A DNA stretch of 64,000 nucleotides from Candidatus Helarchaeota archaeon (GTDB lineage Archaea; Asgardarchaeota; Lokiarchaeia; Helarchaeales; RDOG01). The stretch is taken from positions 169,669 through 233,668 of the forward strand of contig JAHPZH010000003.1 in the NCBI GenBank assembly GCA_019058315.1, in the 5' to 3' direction. The number at the start of each line of letters is the position of its first letter. The stretch's first letter is position 1. Below, piece after piece: positions 1 to 9,980 of the stretch. The translations under genes and the position numbers were made by a program. The notes below the pieces were generated by a model, which was not told the origin of the DNA, ran no database searches, and saw only the letters and a program-made list of their open reading frames with translations.

Positions 1-383
1 AAATAAGCATGATTGATAATGATAGCTTTAGCATCAGAATGATTTAAAATGTAAGTTAATCCCTCTCCTTTTAGACTTGTATTAACTAATGGTGTAAAAG
101 TTCCTAGTTTAAAGGTAGCAAAAACGGTAAACAAGAATTCTGGAGAATTTGGCTCCATTAATGCAATCCCATCTCCCTTTTTAAGACCTAAATTTAATAA
201 TCCATTTCCTAAACGATTAGAAAATAAATGCATATCCTTATAAGAGTAAGTTTCATCCAGCCTTTTATCAAAATCAACAATAAAAGTTAACCATTTTTTA
301 TCTCCTAAAGTCTCCGCCTTATTTTTTATTACTTCTCTAAATAAAGTCTTACTGCCCAATCTAAATTTTTTCTTTTTTGACAT
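1..383 (-). CDS. AMP-dependent acyl-CoA synthetase (CaiC-like), N-terminal part; runs off the window start
   Basis: Manual translation from ATG at 383: MSKKKKFRLGSKTLFREVIKNKAETLGDK...YSYKDMHLFSNRLGNGLLNLGLKKGDGIALMEPNSPEFLFTVFATFKLG...VNTSLKGEGLTYILNHSDAK. This is a typical ANL-family N-terminus; it is not in the ORF track. Confidence 0.85.
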   Translation of the reverse strand, partial: MSKKKKFRLGSKTLFREVIKNKAETLGDKKWLTFIVDFDKRLDETYSYKDMHLFSNRLGNGLLNLGLKKGDGIALMEPNSPEFLFTVFATFKLGTFTPLVNTSLKGEGLTYILNHSDAKAIIINHAY

Positions 384-446
384 TTTTTATTATCTCCTTT
401 TTAAATTTAAAAAAAAATTGATGAAATATTTTTTAATTCAATTGTA

Positions 447-1529
447 TTATTTTTGTATTTCAGGTTCTTCCTTTCCTTCTCGGAACCAAGTTACGGGTCT
501 GTATTCACGTGATACAATTCCTTTTTGCTTGAATTTTGGGTACCCAATACACAATGCACTGGCGATCTCCCAACTCTTTTTAATACCGAGTTTTCTCCTT
601 AGAGGTGTTTGATTTAGCAACACACCTACAAACCCATTCCAACAAGCTCCAAGTCCTAAAGAATATGCCACTAAAGTCATATTCTGACCACATATACCCA
701 TATTCATCTCTAATGATCCAATAGATCTTGTATCTCCAACTAATAGTATTATTACAGGAGCAAGTAGAGATACAGGTGAAAAAGGATATCCTGAGCTTTT
801 TATTTCTTTATTTGCTAACCAATCATCCCATAGTGTCGATTGAGGGTCTAATTTGTTTTTAGCTATAGATCCCATTCCACCGAGAACAATACGTGGATCG
901 GCATTACCAGGCATACCTTCGATTACTGGTGCTAATGTATTTACTATTTCATCATTTATGTAAGTATTATAAAAGAAATCAATAACCTTTGTAACTTCAT
1001 CATTCATCTCTTTGATAAGAGCTTTATTGGTGACTACAATAAATTTCCAAGGTTGACAATTTCCACCACTTGGAGCAAATCTACCAGCTTCTAAGATCCT
1101 TTGTATTAAAGTTTCTGGTACAGGTTTATCTAATTTGAAATTTCTCACACTTCGGCGATTAAAAACAGTTTTTTCAATCGTATTCCATTCTGTTGGATTC
1201 CCATCCTCATCCTTAGCCTCAAGAGGCTCTTTATAAGGTAGAGGATTAGGTAGGGTTTTGAAATACCCTTCGTCCACATGATATGTATCAACTATTTGAA
1301 CTGCTTTATTTGGACAAGCCACTAAGCAGTTCATGCAGCTAAAACACTCATGTATCTTCTTAACCACAGGGAAGCCGTTTGGACCTATTTCCCAGGCTCT
1401 GAAAGGACAGTTCTCCATAGCAAAGCAAACTTCGCATTTTTTGCACTTACTTTCATCGACTTTCATTTGTCCCATATGAACTTGTTCCATATCCGGACGT
1501 AAAATTTTTTGTAATTTTTTAGAAACCAT
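447..1529 (-). CDS. Nitroreductase with N-terminal 2x[4Fe-4S] ferredoxin domain
   Basis: CKKCEVC...CP and CFSCMNCLVACP clusters; RRSVRNF, APSGGNCQPWKF and GLGACW nitroreductase motifs. Confidence 0.9.
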   Translation of the reverse strand: MVSKKLQKILRPDMEQVHMGQMKVDESKCKKCEVCFAMENCPFRAWEIGPNGFPVVKKIHECFSCMNCLVACPNKAVQIVDTYHVDEGYFKTLPNPLPYKEPLEAKDEDGNPTEWNTIEKTVFNRRSVRNFKLDKPVPETLIQRILEAGRFAPSGGNCQPWKFIVVTNKALIKEMNDEVTKVIDFFYNTYINDEIVNTLAPVIEGMPGNADPRIVLGGMGSIAKNKLDPQSTLWDDWLANKEIKSSGYPFSPVSLLAPVIILLVGDTRSIGSLEMNMGICGQNMTLVAYSLGLGACWNGFVGVLLNQTPLRRKLGIKKSWEIASALCIGYPKFKQKGIVSREYRPVTWFREGKEEPEIQK

Positions 1530-1661
1530 AATTCATTCCTTTCCTTTTATAAATTATTAAAAATCCTTTATAATTATCATAATTTAGTTTGATTTTATTA
1601 AAATTTTTCATGATAATTGAGTTCAATAAAAGAACGTCTTGATGGTATTTGAGAATAGATT

Positions 1662-2243
1662 TTATTTGTTTTTTAAATAGAGATTGCCATATTGGTTAAG
1701 GTGTGTTACCTTTTTTAATTTATATCTATGGGTTGGGCTAGGATGCTCTGCTGGTCTTCCTATTGGAATTAAAGCTATAGGACGAATCCCATCTGGAGTT
1801 TTTAGAATTTCTGCAACCATTTTATCATCGAATGCACCTACCCATACTGCACCATAACCATTTGCATGAATTGTTAGTAAGAGATTTTGTATTGCAGCAG
1901 CACTATCTTGATAACAATATAGATTAACACCACGACTTCTATAAGTTTTTGAAGCACGTATTTGATTTGCACAAACTGCGATTACAACAGGAGCTTTTCT
2001 AACTGATGGCTGTCTTAAAGCTGCATTAGAAAGTTGTTCTTTTATATCTTTATCTCTTATTACAATGAATTCCCAATCTTGTACATCTCCAGCACTTGGA
2101 GCCCATCTAGCGGCTTCTAAAAATTTGAGAACTAGATCTTCAGGAACATCTTCATCGGTAAATTTACGGATACTTCTTCTTTCTTTTATTATTTTCATTA
2201 ATATTTCAGCTGAATCTTCTATCAATTTTTCAGTAGATTCCAT
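1662..2243 (-). CDS. Nitroreductase family protein
   Basis: RRSIRKF, AARWAPSAGDVQDWEF and GYGAVWVGAF motifs. Confidence 0.92.
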   Translation of the reverse strand: MESTEKLIEDSAEILMKIIKERRSIRKFTDEDVPEDLVLKFLEAARWAPSAGDVQDWEFIVIRDKDIKEQLSNAALRQPSVRKAPVVIAVCANQIRASKTYRSRGVNLYCYQDSAAAIQNLLLTIHANGYGAVWVGAFDDKMVAEILKTPDGIRPIALIPIGRPAEHPSPTHRYKLKKVTHLNQYGNLYLKNK

Positions 2244-2400
2244 AATAATACCTCATAATTCTATTTATTACAGTTATTAAAACTTTAGAAAGTTCCAATT
2301 TAATCCTTAAAATAATGAATAATTTCGATCAAATTAGTAAAAATATAATTTTTCATAAAAGATACTTATTAAAAAATCAAAGAAATTTGGGATATAAAAA

Positions 2401-2880
2401 ATGTTAGGCAATACTCTTTATAACAAAAAATTGATAGAAGAATTTCTTAAAGATGTTTTAGAACAGCCAAGTATACGAGAAAAATTTGAGTTCGATTATA
2501 AGGCTGGACATACATCCTTTCACGCCCGAGTCTACTTAAAAATAACTTACAACGAATTAATCTATAAATTTTTTCCGAGGGGAACGCCAATGAATCCCAT
2601 TGAAGAAGAAAAACGAGTACAAATTCAAAAAAGATCATTAACAAAAGAAGAAGCTATAAACTTCATTAAAGGACTTATTAAGAATTCGGTTTGGGATTTA
2701 TTAAATTGTATGGATATTGTTGAACCAGATACAGCTTTATTGACTTTTACTATTAAAAAGGGAGAAAATATTATTTTTAAAACACAAATTTGGGAAGAAT
2801 GTCGTCATCGGGTTGAAAATATTAAATCTATCTTAGATTTATTACTAGAAATATCCCCAAAAGAACCTATGCCCCCTTAA
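2401..2880 (+). CDS. Hypothetical protein
   Basis: 159-aa ORF filling the gap between minus-strand genes; no motif recognised. Confidence 0.6.
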   Translation: MLGNTLYNKKLIEEFLKDVLEQPSIREKFEFDYKAGHTSFHARVYLKITYNELIYKFFPRGTPMNPIEEEKRVQIQKRSLTKEEAINFIKGLIKNSVWDLLNCMDIVEPDTALLTFTIKKGENIIFKTQIWEECRHRVENIKSILDLLLEISPKEPMPP

Positions 2881-2930
2881 TTTAGTGATATATACATTTT
2901 AAAATTGAAATATAAGAAACTATTATAGAT

Positions 2931-3416
2931 TTATTTCAGTTTTAATTCCAGTTCTATATGGTCAGGCTTAATAAAGCCGGCTTTTTTATAAATATTCATT
3001 CCATCTTCAGAAGGATGAAGGTTTAATAAGTTAATACCTAATAACTTAGCTTCTTTAATCAATTTTTTTAATAATTGGGTACTTATACCATTTCTTCTTG
3101 CTTCAGGGATTGTATACATATTAAGAATATATCCACGTTTTCCAGATTTAATATTATAATTGGCTGGAATTTGCCATACGACCATACCACTGATACCAAG
3201 TATCTTTCCATTGTATTCTGCTAACCAAGAAATAAAACTATTTAAAGGAATTTCTTTTGAGAAATATTGTTGTAACTCCATCTTTAGAATTTCAGTTTCC
3301 TCATCGTCTGAATGATTGAAAAATTCATTTAGAAATCGAACTCTATATTCAATTAAGATTTCAATATCATCAATCGTTGCACGACTATATTTGATTTTAT
3401 TTATCTCAATCTCCAT
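2931..3416 (-). CDS. GNAT family N-acetyltransferase
   Basis: NMYTIPEARRNGIS acetyl-CoA motif A and C-terminal IYKKAGF. Confidence 0.9.
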   Translation of the reverse strand: MEIEINKIKYSRATIDDIEILIEYRVRFLNEFFNHSDDEETEILKMELQQYFSKEIPLNSFISWLAEYNGKILGISGMVVWQIPANYNIKSGKRGYILNMYTIPEARRNGISTQLLKKLIKEAKLLGINLLNLHPSEDGMNIYKKAGFIKPDHIELELKLK

Positions 3417-3430
3417 TTTATCTCATAAAT

Positions 3431-4483
3431 TTATTTTAAATAATCAGTAAGAGATTTTGTTTTTTTACCTTTTATTTTTGACTGATCCATTAATTGATTT
3501 ATAATAGCATCTAAATTAGGATTTTGAATATTTAATGATTGTAAAGTCCTTTGGATCGTTTTTAATTTTTTTATATTTCCAAATTTCTTAATATCTAGTT
3601 GTTTATTAATTAATTTTTCATAAAAATTGATATTTATCAAAAAGTCATTTAAAATTTTAACCGATTTTTCCAAATCAGGGATTAGAACTTGATCTTGTGG
3701 AGTAAAATTGCTGTTTAATATTCTATCTTTTATTACATCAAGCTTTGGATATTTTTCATATCCAAATCCAGGAATACCAAGATAATGTGCAGCAGCTAAT
3801 GTACTACATGTTCCAGCAAACGGATCCAAGACATTATTAGCGTTTACTAATTTTATGCATCTAAATGGAATTTCAATAGGAAATGGAGCTTCATGCCCTT
3901 TTTTTATAGTTTTGCCAGTTGTTTTTGCATAATTTATCAACCAAACATTCCCTGCATCCCGTAAATCGTCTTCTGAATATCGACCAATGTTTGATTTATC
4001 TGCATATTTGATACCGATTGATTTTACATCAAGTTCATACTTTTCTCCTTTAGAAAATAGAAAAATATACTCCCAAATATTATTTAATCTCTTATTTCCC
4101 CCGCTTGGAGTATAATGACCTTTTCCTAGAATACTTTTTACCCATATAATTGATTGTATTCGGTTAAACCCAATATTTTCTGCTAATTTTGCAACATTTT
4201 CACTTTTTCCTTGATCATTTGCCGAATCACCTATGTTTAAAAAAAATACGGAATTATTTTTTAACACTCGATAACATTCAGAAAAAACTTTTTTTAGAAG
4301 CTCAAAATATTCAGATTCGGGCAATTTGTCATTATAATCGTCATCATAGTTTTTTCCTCGATTATAAGGTGGGCTAGTGACTATTGTATCTATTGATTTA
4401 TCAGTAATCTCAGTCATTAATTCTGAAGATTTAAAATAAATAATTTGATTAGCAATTTTAAGTTTATTAGATTTATTATCCAT
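3431..4483 (-). CDS. Site-specific DNA methyltransferase (beta class, probably N4-cytosine), orphan
   Basis: TSPPY catalytic motif precedes HEAPFP and VLDPFAGTCST (motif I). Confidence 0.9.
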   Translation of the reverse strand: MDNKSNKLKIANQIIYFKSSELMTEITDKSIDTIVTSPPYNRGKNYDDDYNDKLPESEYFELLKKVFSECYRVLKNNSVFFLNIGDSANDQGKSENVAKLAENIGFNRIQSIIWVKSILGKGHYTPSGGNKRLNNIWEYIFLFSKGEKYELDVKSIGIKYADKSNIGRYSEDDLRDAGNVWLINYAKTTGKTIKKGHEAPFPIEIPFRCIKLVNANNVLDPFAGTCSTLAAAHYLGIPGFGYEKYPKLDVIKDRILNSNFTPQDQVLIPDLEKSVKILNDFLININFYEKLINKQLDIKKFGNIKKLKTIQRTLQSLNIQNPNLDAIINQLMDQSKIKGKKTKSLTDYLK

Positions 4484-4581
4484 TTCTATTAATTTCCATT
4501 TTTAATTAGATAAATCTTGAAGTTATTTTTATATATAAATTTATGATAATTAATCAAATTAATTATTAAAAGAGTATTGGG

Positions 4582-5157
4582 ATGAATAACTTGACAGAAG
4601 GAATCCAAATTGCAAGTGAAGTATTTAAATGGATCAGTTTAGGCTTGGTTGCACTATGTATTCTTCTTTATCCATTAGCTATTGCTCGAATTGACGAAAT
4701 TTCTTTTCTATGTCTTACTTTGGCCGTTTTTGGTGCAGGAACAATTGCATTGGTAATGTTTTTATTGTTTTCACCTGTACTAGCATATGTTTCAATTGCT
4801 TTGCCAATAATCGCAGCGATATTATATGTCATATTTAATATAGTAGATAAAGAGGCATCGACTGCTGTAAAAACTTTAGACTGGATAGGAATGGCTATAA
4901 GTGGCGTAAGTGTGTTTTTTTCCTATTCCGGCTTTATAGCATGGGAAAATTTTCGGTGGACAGGATTTTTTATAGGAGTCATAGGAGATCGGGTTGCAAC
5001 AGTTCAGACGGCTGTATGGGCAGCGTTCTTGTTTATTTTCTACGGATTTTTCAAACCAAAAGTTGCAGTAATACTGACACAATTAATACTGGCAGGTGCA
5101 TGTCTTATAATGCTAATTGCTAGAATAATAGCATCAAGAGAGTTAAAATCGATTTAA
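4582..5157 (+). CDS. Polytopic membrane protein of unknown function
   Basis: About 6 hydrophobic segments in 191 aa. Confidence 0.65.
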   Translation: MNNLTEGIQIASEVFKWISLGLVALCILLYPLAIARIDEISFLCLTLAVFGAGTIALVMFLLFSPVLAYVSIALPIIAAILYVIFNIVDKEASTAVKTLDWIGMAISGVSVFFSYSGFIAWENFRWTGFFIGVIGDRVATVQTAVWAAFLFIFYGFFKPKVAVILTQLILAGACLIMLIARIIASRELKSI

Positions 5158-5182
5158 ATATATCTTAATTCTTTTTTTTCTT

Positions 5183-7147
5183 TTACTTCTGAAGTTTAGG
5201 AAGAATTTTTTCAAAGTAATCTAATGATTCTGGATTCATCAAAGCATCTCTATTTCTGACCGGTCTGCCATGAATAATGTTTGTAACTGAAATTTCCACT
5301 TTTTTCATGCTAAATGTATAAGGAATATCAGGTACTTTAATGATTAATGCTGGAACATGTCGAGGGGAAGCATTTTGGCGTAAAGTCTTTTTTATTTTAT
5401 TTTCTAAATCATTCGTTAAATCAAATCCTGGAGCAAGTTTAATAAAGAGGATAATCCGCTGATCTCCTTCCCAAATCTGGCCTATAGCTAAACTATCATC
5501 AATCTCTCTTAATTCTTCTACCACATTATATATTTCTGCTGTGCCAATACGTACTCCAGAAGGTTTTAAAATAGCATCAGAACGTCCAAAGAAAGTAATT
5601 CCTCCCGTTTCGCCATTTATTACTATGTAATCGCCATGTCTCCATACATTTTTATTGGGATAAAAACCAAAGTAAGCTTTATTATATTTTTCATTATCAG
5701 GATCATTCCAGAAATAAAGTGGCATAGATGGAGAAGGAGCTTCACATACAAGTTCTCCTTGTTGATCATTTATTGGATTACCTTTTTCATCATACGCCTT
5801 AACTTTCATTGCTAATGCTGGAGCTTGTAATTCACCAGCATACACAGGTAATATAGGACATCCGCAAGCAAAACAACCATTAATATCTGTACCACCCGAA
5901 ATGGAATTAAAATGTAAATCCTTTTTAATACTTTGATATATATATTCGAATCCCTCAGCGGATAAAGCTGAGCCGGTTTGTGAAATTTCTCTTAATGATG
6001 ATAAGTCAAAATTCTTTCCAGGTTCGATTCCTTGAGTTCTAAGATAATTTATATAAGTTGCACTACAACCAAAAATGGTTATTTTTTCATCTTGAATTAA
6101 TTTCCACATCGCATTTGGATCGGGATAGTTAGGATTACCATCAAATAATAGAATAGTTGCCCCTACCCCTAACGAGCTAATGAGCCAGTTCCACATCATC
6201 CAACTGCAACTAGTAATATACATTATTTTATCCGTTCGTTTTAAATCAGTATGTAAAATTAACTCTTTCAAATGATTGATAAGGACTCCTCCAGCACCTT
6301 GAACCATACATTTTGGCTTTCCAGTTGTTCCAGATGAAAACATTATATAAACTGGATGATTAAAAGGTAATGATTCAAATTTTATTTCTGGTTTTTTATC
6401 AGGAGCCAAAAAATCGTTATATAAAATTGATTTTGGGATAGAATTAATATTAGATTTGGAATCTAAATGTGAAATTACAACAACTTTTTCTAGCGATGGT
6501 ATTCCTTTGACAACTTTTTCCGCTTTAGATAAAATATTGAAAGTTTTTCCTTTATAGAAATATCCATCAGCAGTGATTAAAACTTTTGGATTTAGCTGAC
6601 CAAGACGATCTAATGCTGCTTGTGCTCCAAGATCTGCACCACAAGAAGCCCATGTAGCACCTGTACTGGTAGCTGCAAGCATAGTTATAGGAGTTTCTAC
6701 TAAATTAGGCATATATGCACATACTCGGTCTCCGGAACCGATACCCATCTCACGTAATGGTATAGCTAATCGTGCTACAGTATTATATAGTTCTGAATAA
6801 GTCGTCTTAACCGATTTATGGTTCTCATCTTTAAAAACAAATGCTATATTCCCATCTCTGTATCTCAAGAGGTTCTCTGCAAAATTGAGTTTAGCACCTT
6901 CAAACCATTTCGTCCCAGGGAACTCATTTAGATCATCAACTACCTTATTATATCCCTTTTGAGCAATAATTTCTCCAAATTCCCACATGCATGCCCAGAA
7001 ATCTGAAATATTTTCAATTGACCAATTATAAAGTTGTTTATAAGAATTAATAGAAAGATTATATTTCTTATTGATTAAGTCGATAAATTTAGTAATATTA
7101 GCATGTTTTCTGCGTTCTTCAGAAGGTTTCCAAAGTAATTTTGACAC
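5183..7147 (-). CDS. Acetoacetate--CoA ligase
   Basis: LWKPS N-terminus, WFEGAKLNFAENLL, YIMFSSGTTGKPK, WMMWNWL, SGGTDI and GVRIGTAEIY. Confidence 0.93.
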   Translation of the reverse strand: MSKLLWKPSEERRKHANITKFIDLINKKYNLSINSYKQLYNWSIENISDFWACMWEFGEIIAQKGYNKVVDDLNEFPGTKWFEGAKLNFAENLLRYRDGNIAFVFKDENHKSVKTTYSELYNTVARLAIPLREMGIGSGDRVCAYMPNLVETPITMLAATSTGATWASCGADLGAQAALDRLGQLNPKVLITADGYFYKGKTFNILSKAEKVVKGIPSLEKVVVISHLDSKSNINSIPKSILYNDFLAPDKKPEIKFESLPFNHPVYIMFSSGTTGKPKCMVQGAGGVLINHLKELILHTDLKRTDKIMYITSCSWMMWNWLISSLGVGATILLFDGNPNYPDPNAMWKLIQDEKITIFGCSATYINYLRTQGIEPGKNFDLSSLREISQTGSALSAEGFEYIYQSIKKDLHFNSISGGTDINGCFACGCPILPVYAGELQAPALAMKVKAYDEKGNPINDQQGELVCEAPSPSMPLYFWNDPDNEKYNKAYFGFYPNKNVWRHGDYIVINGETGGITFFGRSDAILKPSGVRIGTAEIYNVVEELREIDDSLAIGQIWEGDQRIILFIKLAPGFDLTNDLENKIKKTLRQNASPRHVPALIIKVPDIPYTFSMKKVEISVTNIIHGRPVRNRDALMNPESLDYFEKILPKLQK

Positions 7148-7407
7148 TTATATTCACTCCTCATATATTAGGAATTAAAATTAATTTGAATTTTTTCTTA
7201 AAATTTTTTAATCAAGTTATACAAAAAATTCGCCTCTATAGTAAATTCTGTAAAAATTTTATGGCTTCCTACCTATTTCATTATCTTTTTCGAATATTTT
7301 CATTTAATTAGCTTAGGAATTTATTTTAAAATATATTAAAATTCGAAAATAGAATTAACTAATGTTATTTTATGATCAAATTAAAAAAGAAAAAAGAAAG
7401 ATTTAGT

Positions 7408-8310
7408 TTACCATGTTTCAATAATATCTCCGAAATATTTTATGTATGCCGATAAGCATCCCCAAGCTAATACAAATAAACCTATTGCCCAAAAGATAAT
7501 AGGATATACATAATAATAGTAGAAACGCATATTTGGAGGAATAAAAATAGGAGTAGTCCTTGTGTAGTAAAGACTAAAGTAAATTATCAGTCCACCTACA
7601 GTTACCCATAGAATACACCAAAGAGCATATAATGCGGCTTTACCATATGCTTCTTCCCAGGTTATTTCTTGAAATGTTATAACATCACCAAGTTCTTTAA
7701 ATTCAGCAGCACTTATTCCCAAGATCATCAGATAGAGTGCAGTTATTATTACTAATATAAGAATTGTCCATTTAGTATTAATATCCAAATAAACTCGTCC
7801 AAGGTATATATTGCTAAACCCTATAATGAATCCACCAACGAGAAGCCAGAGGAGACACCAGCCGAACATATGTCCTGAAGCGCTCCATGCATTTTTGCCT
7901 TCAATTTCGTCGCCTGTTACCATTTTTCCAAGCGTTTGATAGTATGATGCCCGAATTCCGATTAAACCTACTATAACACCAGGAGAAAATGTGAAACATA
8001 ATAAGCCCCAACCTAGTGCTTGACTAAAATAAGATGCCGATCCACTAAATGCTTCTCCCCATAACGTATCAGATTTATTGACTGCTCCGGGAAAGAATTT
8101 AAAGAAAGCAGTATTATAAGGTAAACCAAATATGATAAACCCAATAATAACCAATACGAAACGAATTGGGATTTCTCTTGAATTAGCGACTGGTGTAAAT
8201 AATGATGATATAATTATTGATCCGCCAAGGAAAATCCAGAGGAAACACCAAGCTACACAGATTAATGATGTAAGAAAAGCTTTTCCCCAAGAAACCATTT
8301 TTTTCAACAC
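7408..8310 (-). CDS. Membrane protein made of four internal ~70-aa repeats
   Basis: Recurring W-x2-A(F/Y)...W(C/G)xLW-x3-GG-x-II...(F/Y)K-x-(F/L)GD-like units. Confidence 0.7.
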   Translation of the reverse strand: MLKKMVSWGKAFLTSLICVAWCFLWIFLGGSIIISSLFTPVANSREIPIRFVLVIIGFIIFGLPYNTAFFKFFPGAVNKSDTLWGEAFSGSASYFSQALGWGLLCFTFSPGVIVGLIGIRASYYQTLGKMVTGDEIEGKNAWSASGHMFGWCLLWLLVGGFIIGFSNIYLGRVYLDINTKWTILILVIITALYLMILGISAAEFKELGDVITFQEITWEEAYGKAALYALWCILWVTVGGLIIYFSLYYTRTTPIFIPPNMRFYYYYVYPIIFWAIGLFVLAWGCLSAYIKYFGDIIETW

Positions 8311-8425
8311 CCATTATTTAATAGAATATAATAACTATAAATTTGATCTTCATATATAATTTTCGATTTTAAGTTGGGATGTTTAAAAAAATCAAAGTTT
8401 AAGTAATTCTTAGGGATATATAACT

Positions 8426-8953
8426 TTATTTGGACATCATTTGATTACCATATCGCTCCGAAAAAAATAATTCATTAAATTCCTTTCTTGGTCGGGCTGG
8501 TGGTGATTGATTCGGTATTCCAATTGGTAATAGAGCAACAATTTTTAAATTATCAGGAATTTTTAAAATTTCTTTTATTGATTCCTCATCAAATGCGCCT
8601 ATCCAGCAAGTACCATAACCAAGTTCAGTTGCAACTAAAACCATATGTTCCATAGCTATCGCAATATCTACTTTATACCATTTTTCTCGTATAGGATCCC
8701 CCAAACCTATGATTATCACTGCAGCTTTAGAAATAAAAGTCTGATAATTTGCCATTTTTCCAATTTGTTTCTTAATTTGGGGATCTTGAACGATTATGAA
8801 TTTATATGGTTGCATATTCGAAGCTGAAGGTGCTAATTGAGCACAACTTAAAATTTTTATAAGATCTTCATTTGGAATTTCACTTTTTTTATATCTTCGT
8901 ATACTTCTTCTTGTTTCGATGACTTTAATTACAGTCATTTTAGTTTTTAACAC
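8426..8953 (-). CDS. Nitroreductase family protein
   Basis: RRSIRRY, APSASNMQPYKF and LGYGTCWIGAF; start is probably ATG 8938. Confidence 0.92.
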   Translation of the reverse strand: MLKTKMTVIKVIETRRSIRRYKKSEIPNEDLIKILSCAQLAPSASNMQPYKFIIVQDPQIKKQIGKMANYQTFISKAAVIIIGLGDPIREKWYKVDIAIAMEHMVLVATELGYGTCWIGAFDEESIKEILKIPDNLKIVALLPIGIPNQSPPARPRKEFNELFFSERYGNQMMSK

Positions 8954-9111
8954 CTCAAAACAATAATTTAAACCAATATTAAAAAGCTATTGTAAAAATA
9001 ATTTTCTAATATTTCTTATCTTCAAATTTATTATAATTAGGTTGAAAAACTCTTCGATATATTCAAATTAAAAATTATTAAAAAAAAGATTAAAAAGAAT
9101 GAATAGATACA

Positions 9112-9414
9112 TTATGGGAGTTCCTTGATTATGTCTATAGCTTTTTCGACTGGGATCGCTACTAAAGTTTCTGTACTTATCGTTCCAGCAATACCGATTG
9201 TTAATAGTGCTTTTATTGCTGCCTCATTGCTTGGTGCTTCAACTATTCCAACAAAATCGTAACGACCCATAGTAATATAAAGTTGTATATATTCTCCTCC
9301 TAATGATTTGGCTAATTTTTGCGATTGTTCCAATGCATCAGGTAATTTTTTAATGGTTTTAAGTCCTAGTTGAGTGAAATTGCCAAGAATTATATAAGTT
9401 GACATATATATCAT
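9112..9414 (-). CDS. GYD domain protein
   Basis: YIILGNFTQLG...YITMGRYDFV...STETLVA pattern. Confidence 0.85.
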   Translation of the reverse strand: MIYMSTYIILGNFTQLGLKTIKKLPDALEQSQKLAKSLGGEYIQLYITMGRYDFVGIVEAPSNEAAIKALLTIGIAGTISTETLVAIPVEKAIDIIKELP

Positions 9415-9544
9415 CCTCCAAATTTTATGTAAAAATATCTATAATTTAACTAAAATAAAAAAATTATGAATTATTAAATAAATTAAAATAAATCTTTAGA
9501 AATTTAAAGAAATTTTAAATTTCAAAATTAAGATATGATTTCTT

Positions 9545-9976
9545 ATGGAGCTAAAACCAATCGGAGTAATTCATTCTCCATTTAATTTTTCAAATGTTCC
9601 TTATCAAGGTAAAATTAGTGATAAAATCTGCGAAGTTGAAATTTTTAAGGAATATGCAGATGGTTTAAAAGATATTGAGACGTTTTCACACATAATTTTG
9701 ATTTTTTTTCTTCATAAACATAGACCAAATCTGCCATTAATTCATCCGACTCGGTGGGGTCCTGAACTTCGCGGAGTTTTTGCTACTCGTTCTCCATTTC
9801 ACCCCAATCCAATAGGTATAACTGTAGTAGAGTTAATTAAAAGGCAAATGAATGTATTAAAAATTAGAGGATGCGATGCGATTGATGGAACACCATTAAT
9901 CGATATAAAACCCTATGTCTCAAGATTTGATTGTGTGAAAAATGCATCAAATGGATGGTTAGAACAAAAATTTTAA
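9545..9976 (+). CDS. tsaA: tRNA (m6t6A37) methyltransferase TrmO/TsaA
   Basis: PIGVIHSPF, GVFATRSPFHPNPIG and DAIDGTPLIDIKPY. Confidence 0.92.
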   Translation: MELKPIGVIHSPFNFSNVPYQGKISDKICEVEIFKEYADGLKDIETFSHIILIFFLHKHRPNLPLIHPTRWGPELRGVFATRSPFHPNPIGITVVELIKRQMNVLKIRGCDAIDGTPLIDIKPYVSRFDCVKNASNGWLEQKF

Positions 9977-9980
9977 TATT

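Noticed and set aside
447-8953. Three nitroreductases as a dedicated cluster
   Set aside because: They are divergent, interspersed with unrelated genes, and the family is commonly multi-copy in anaerobic archaea.
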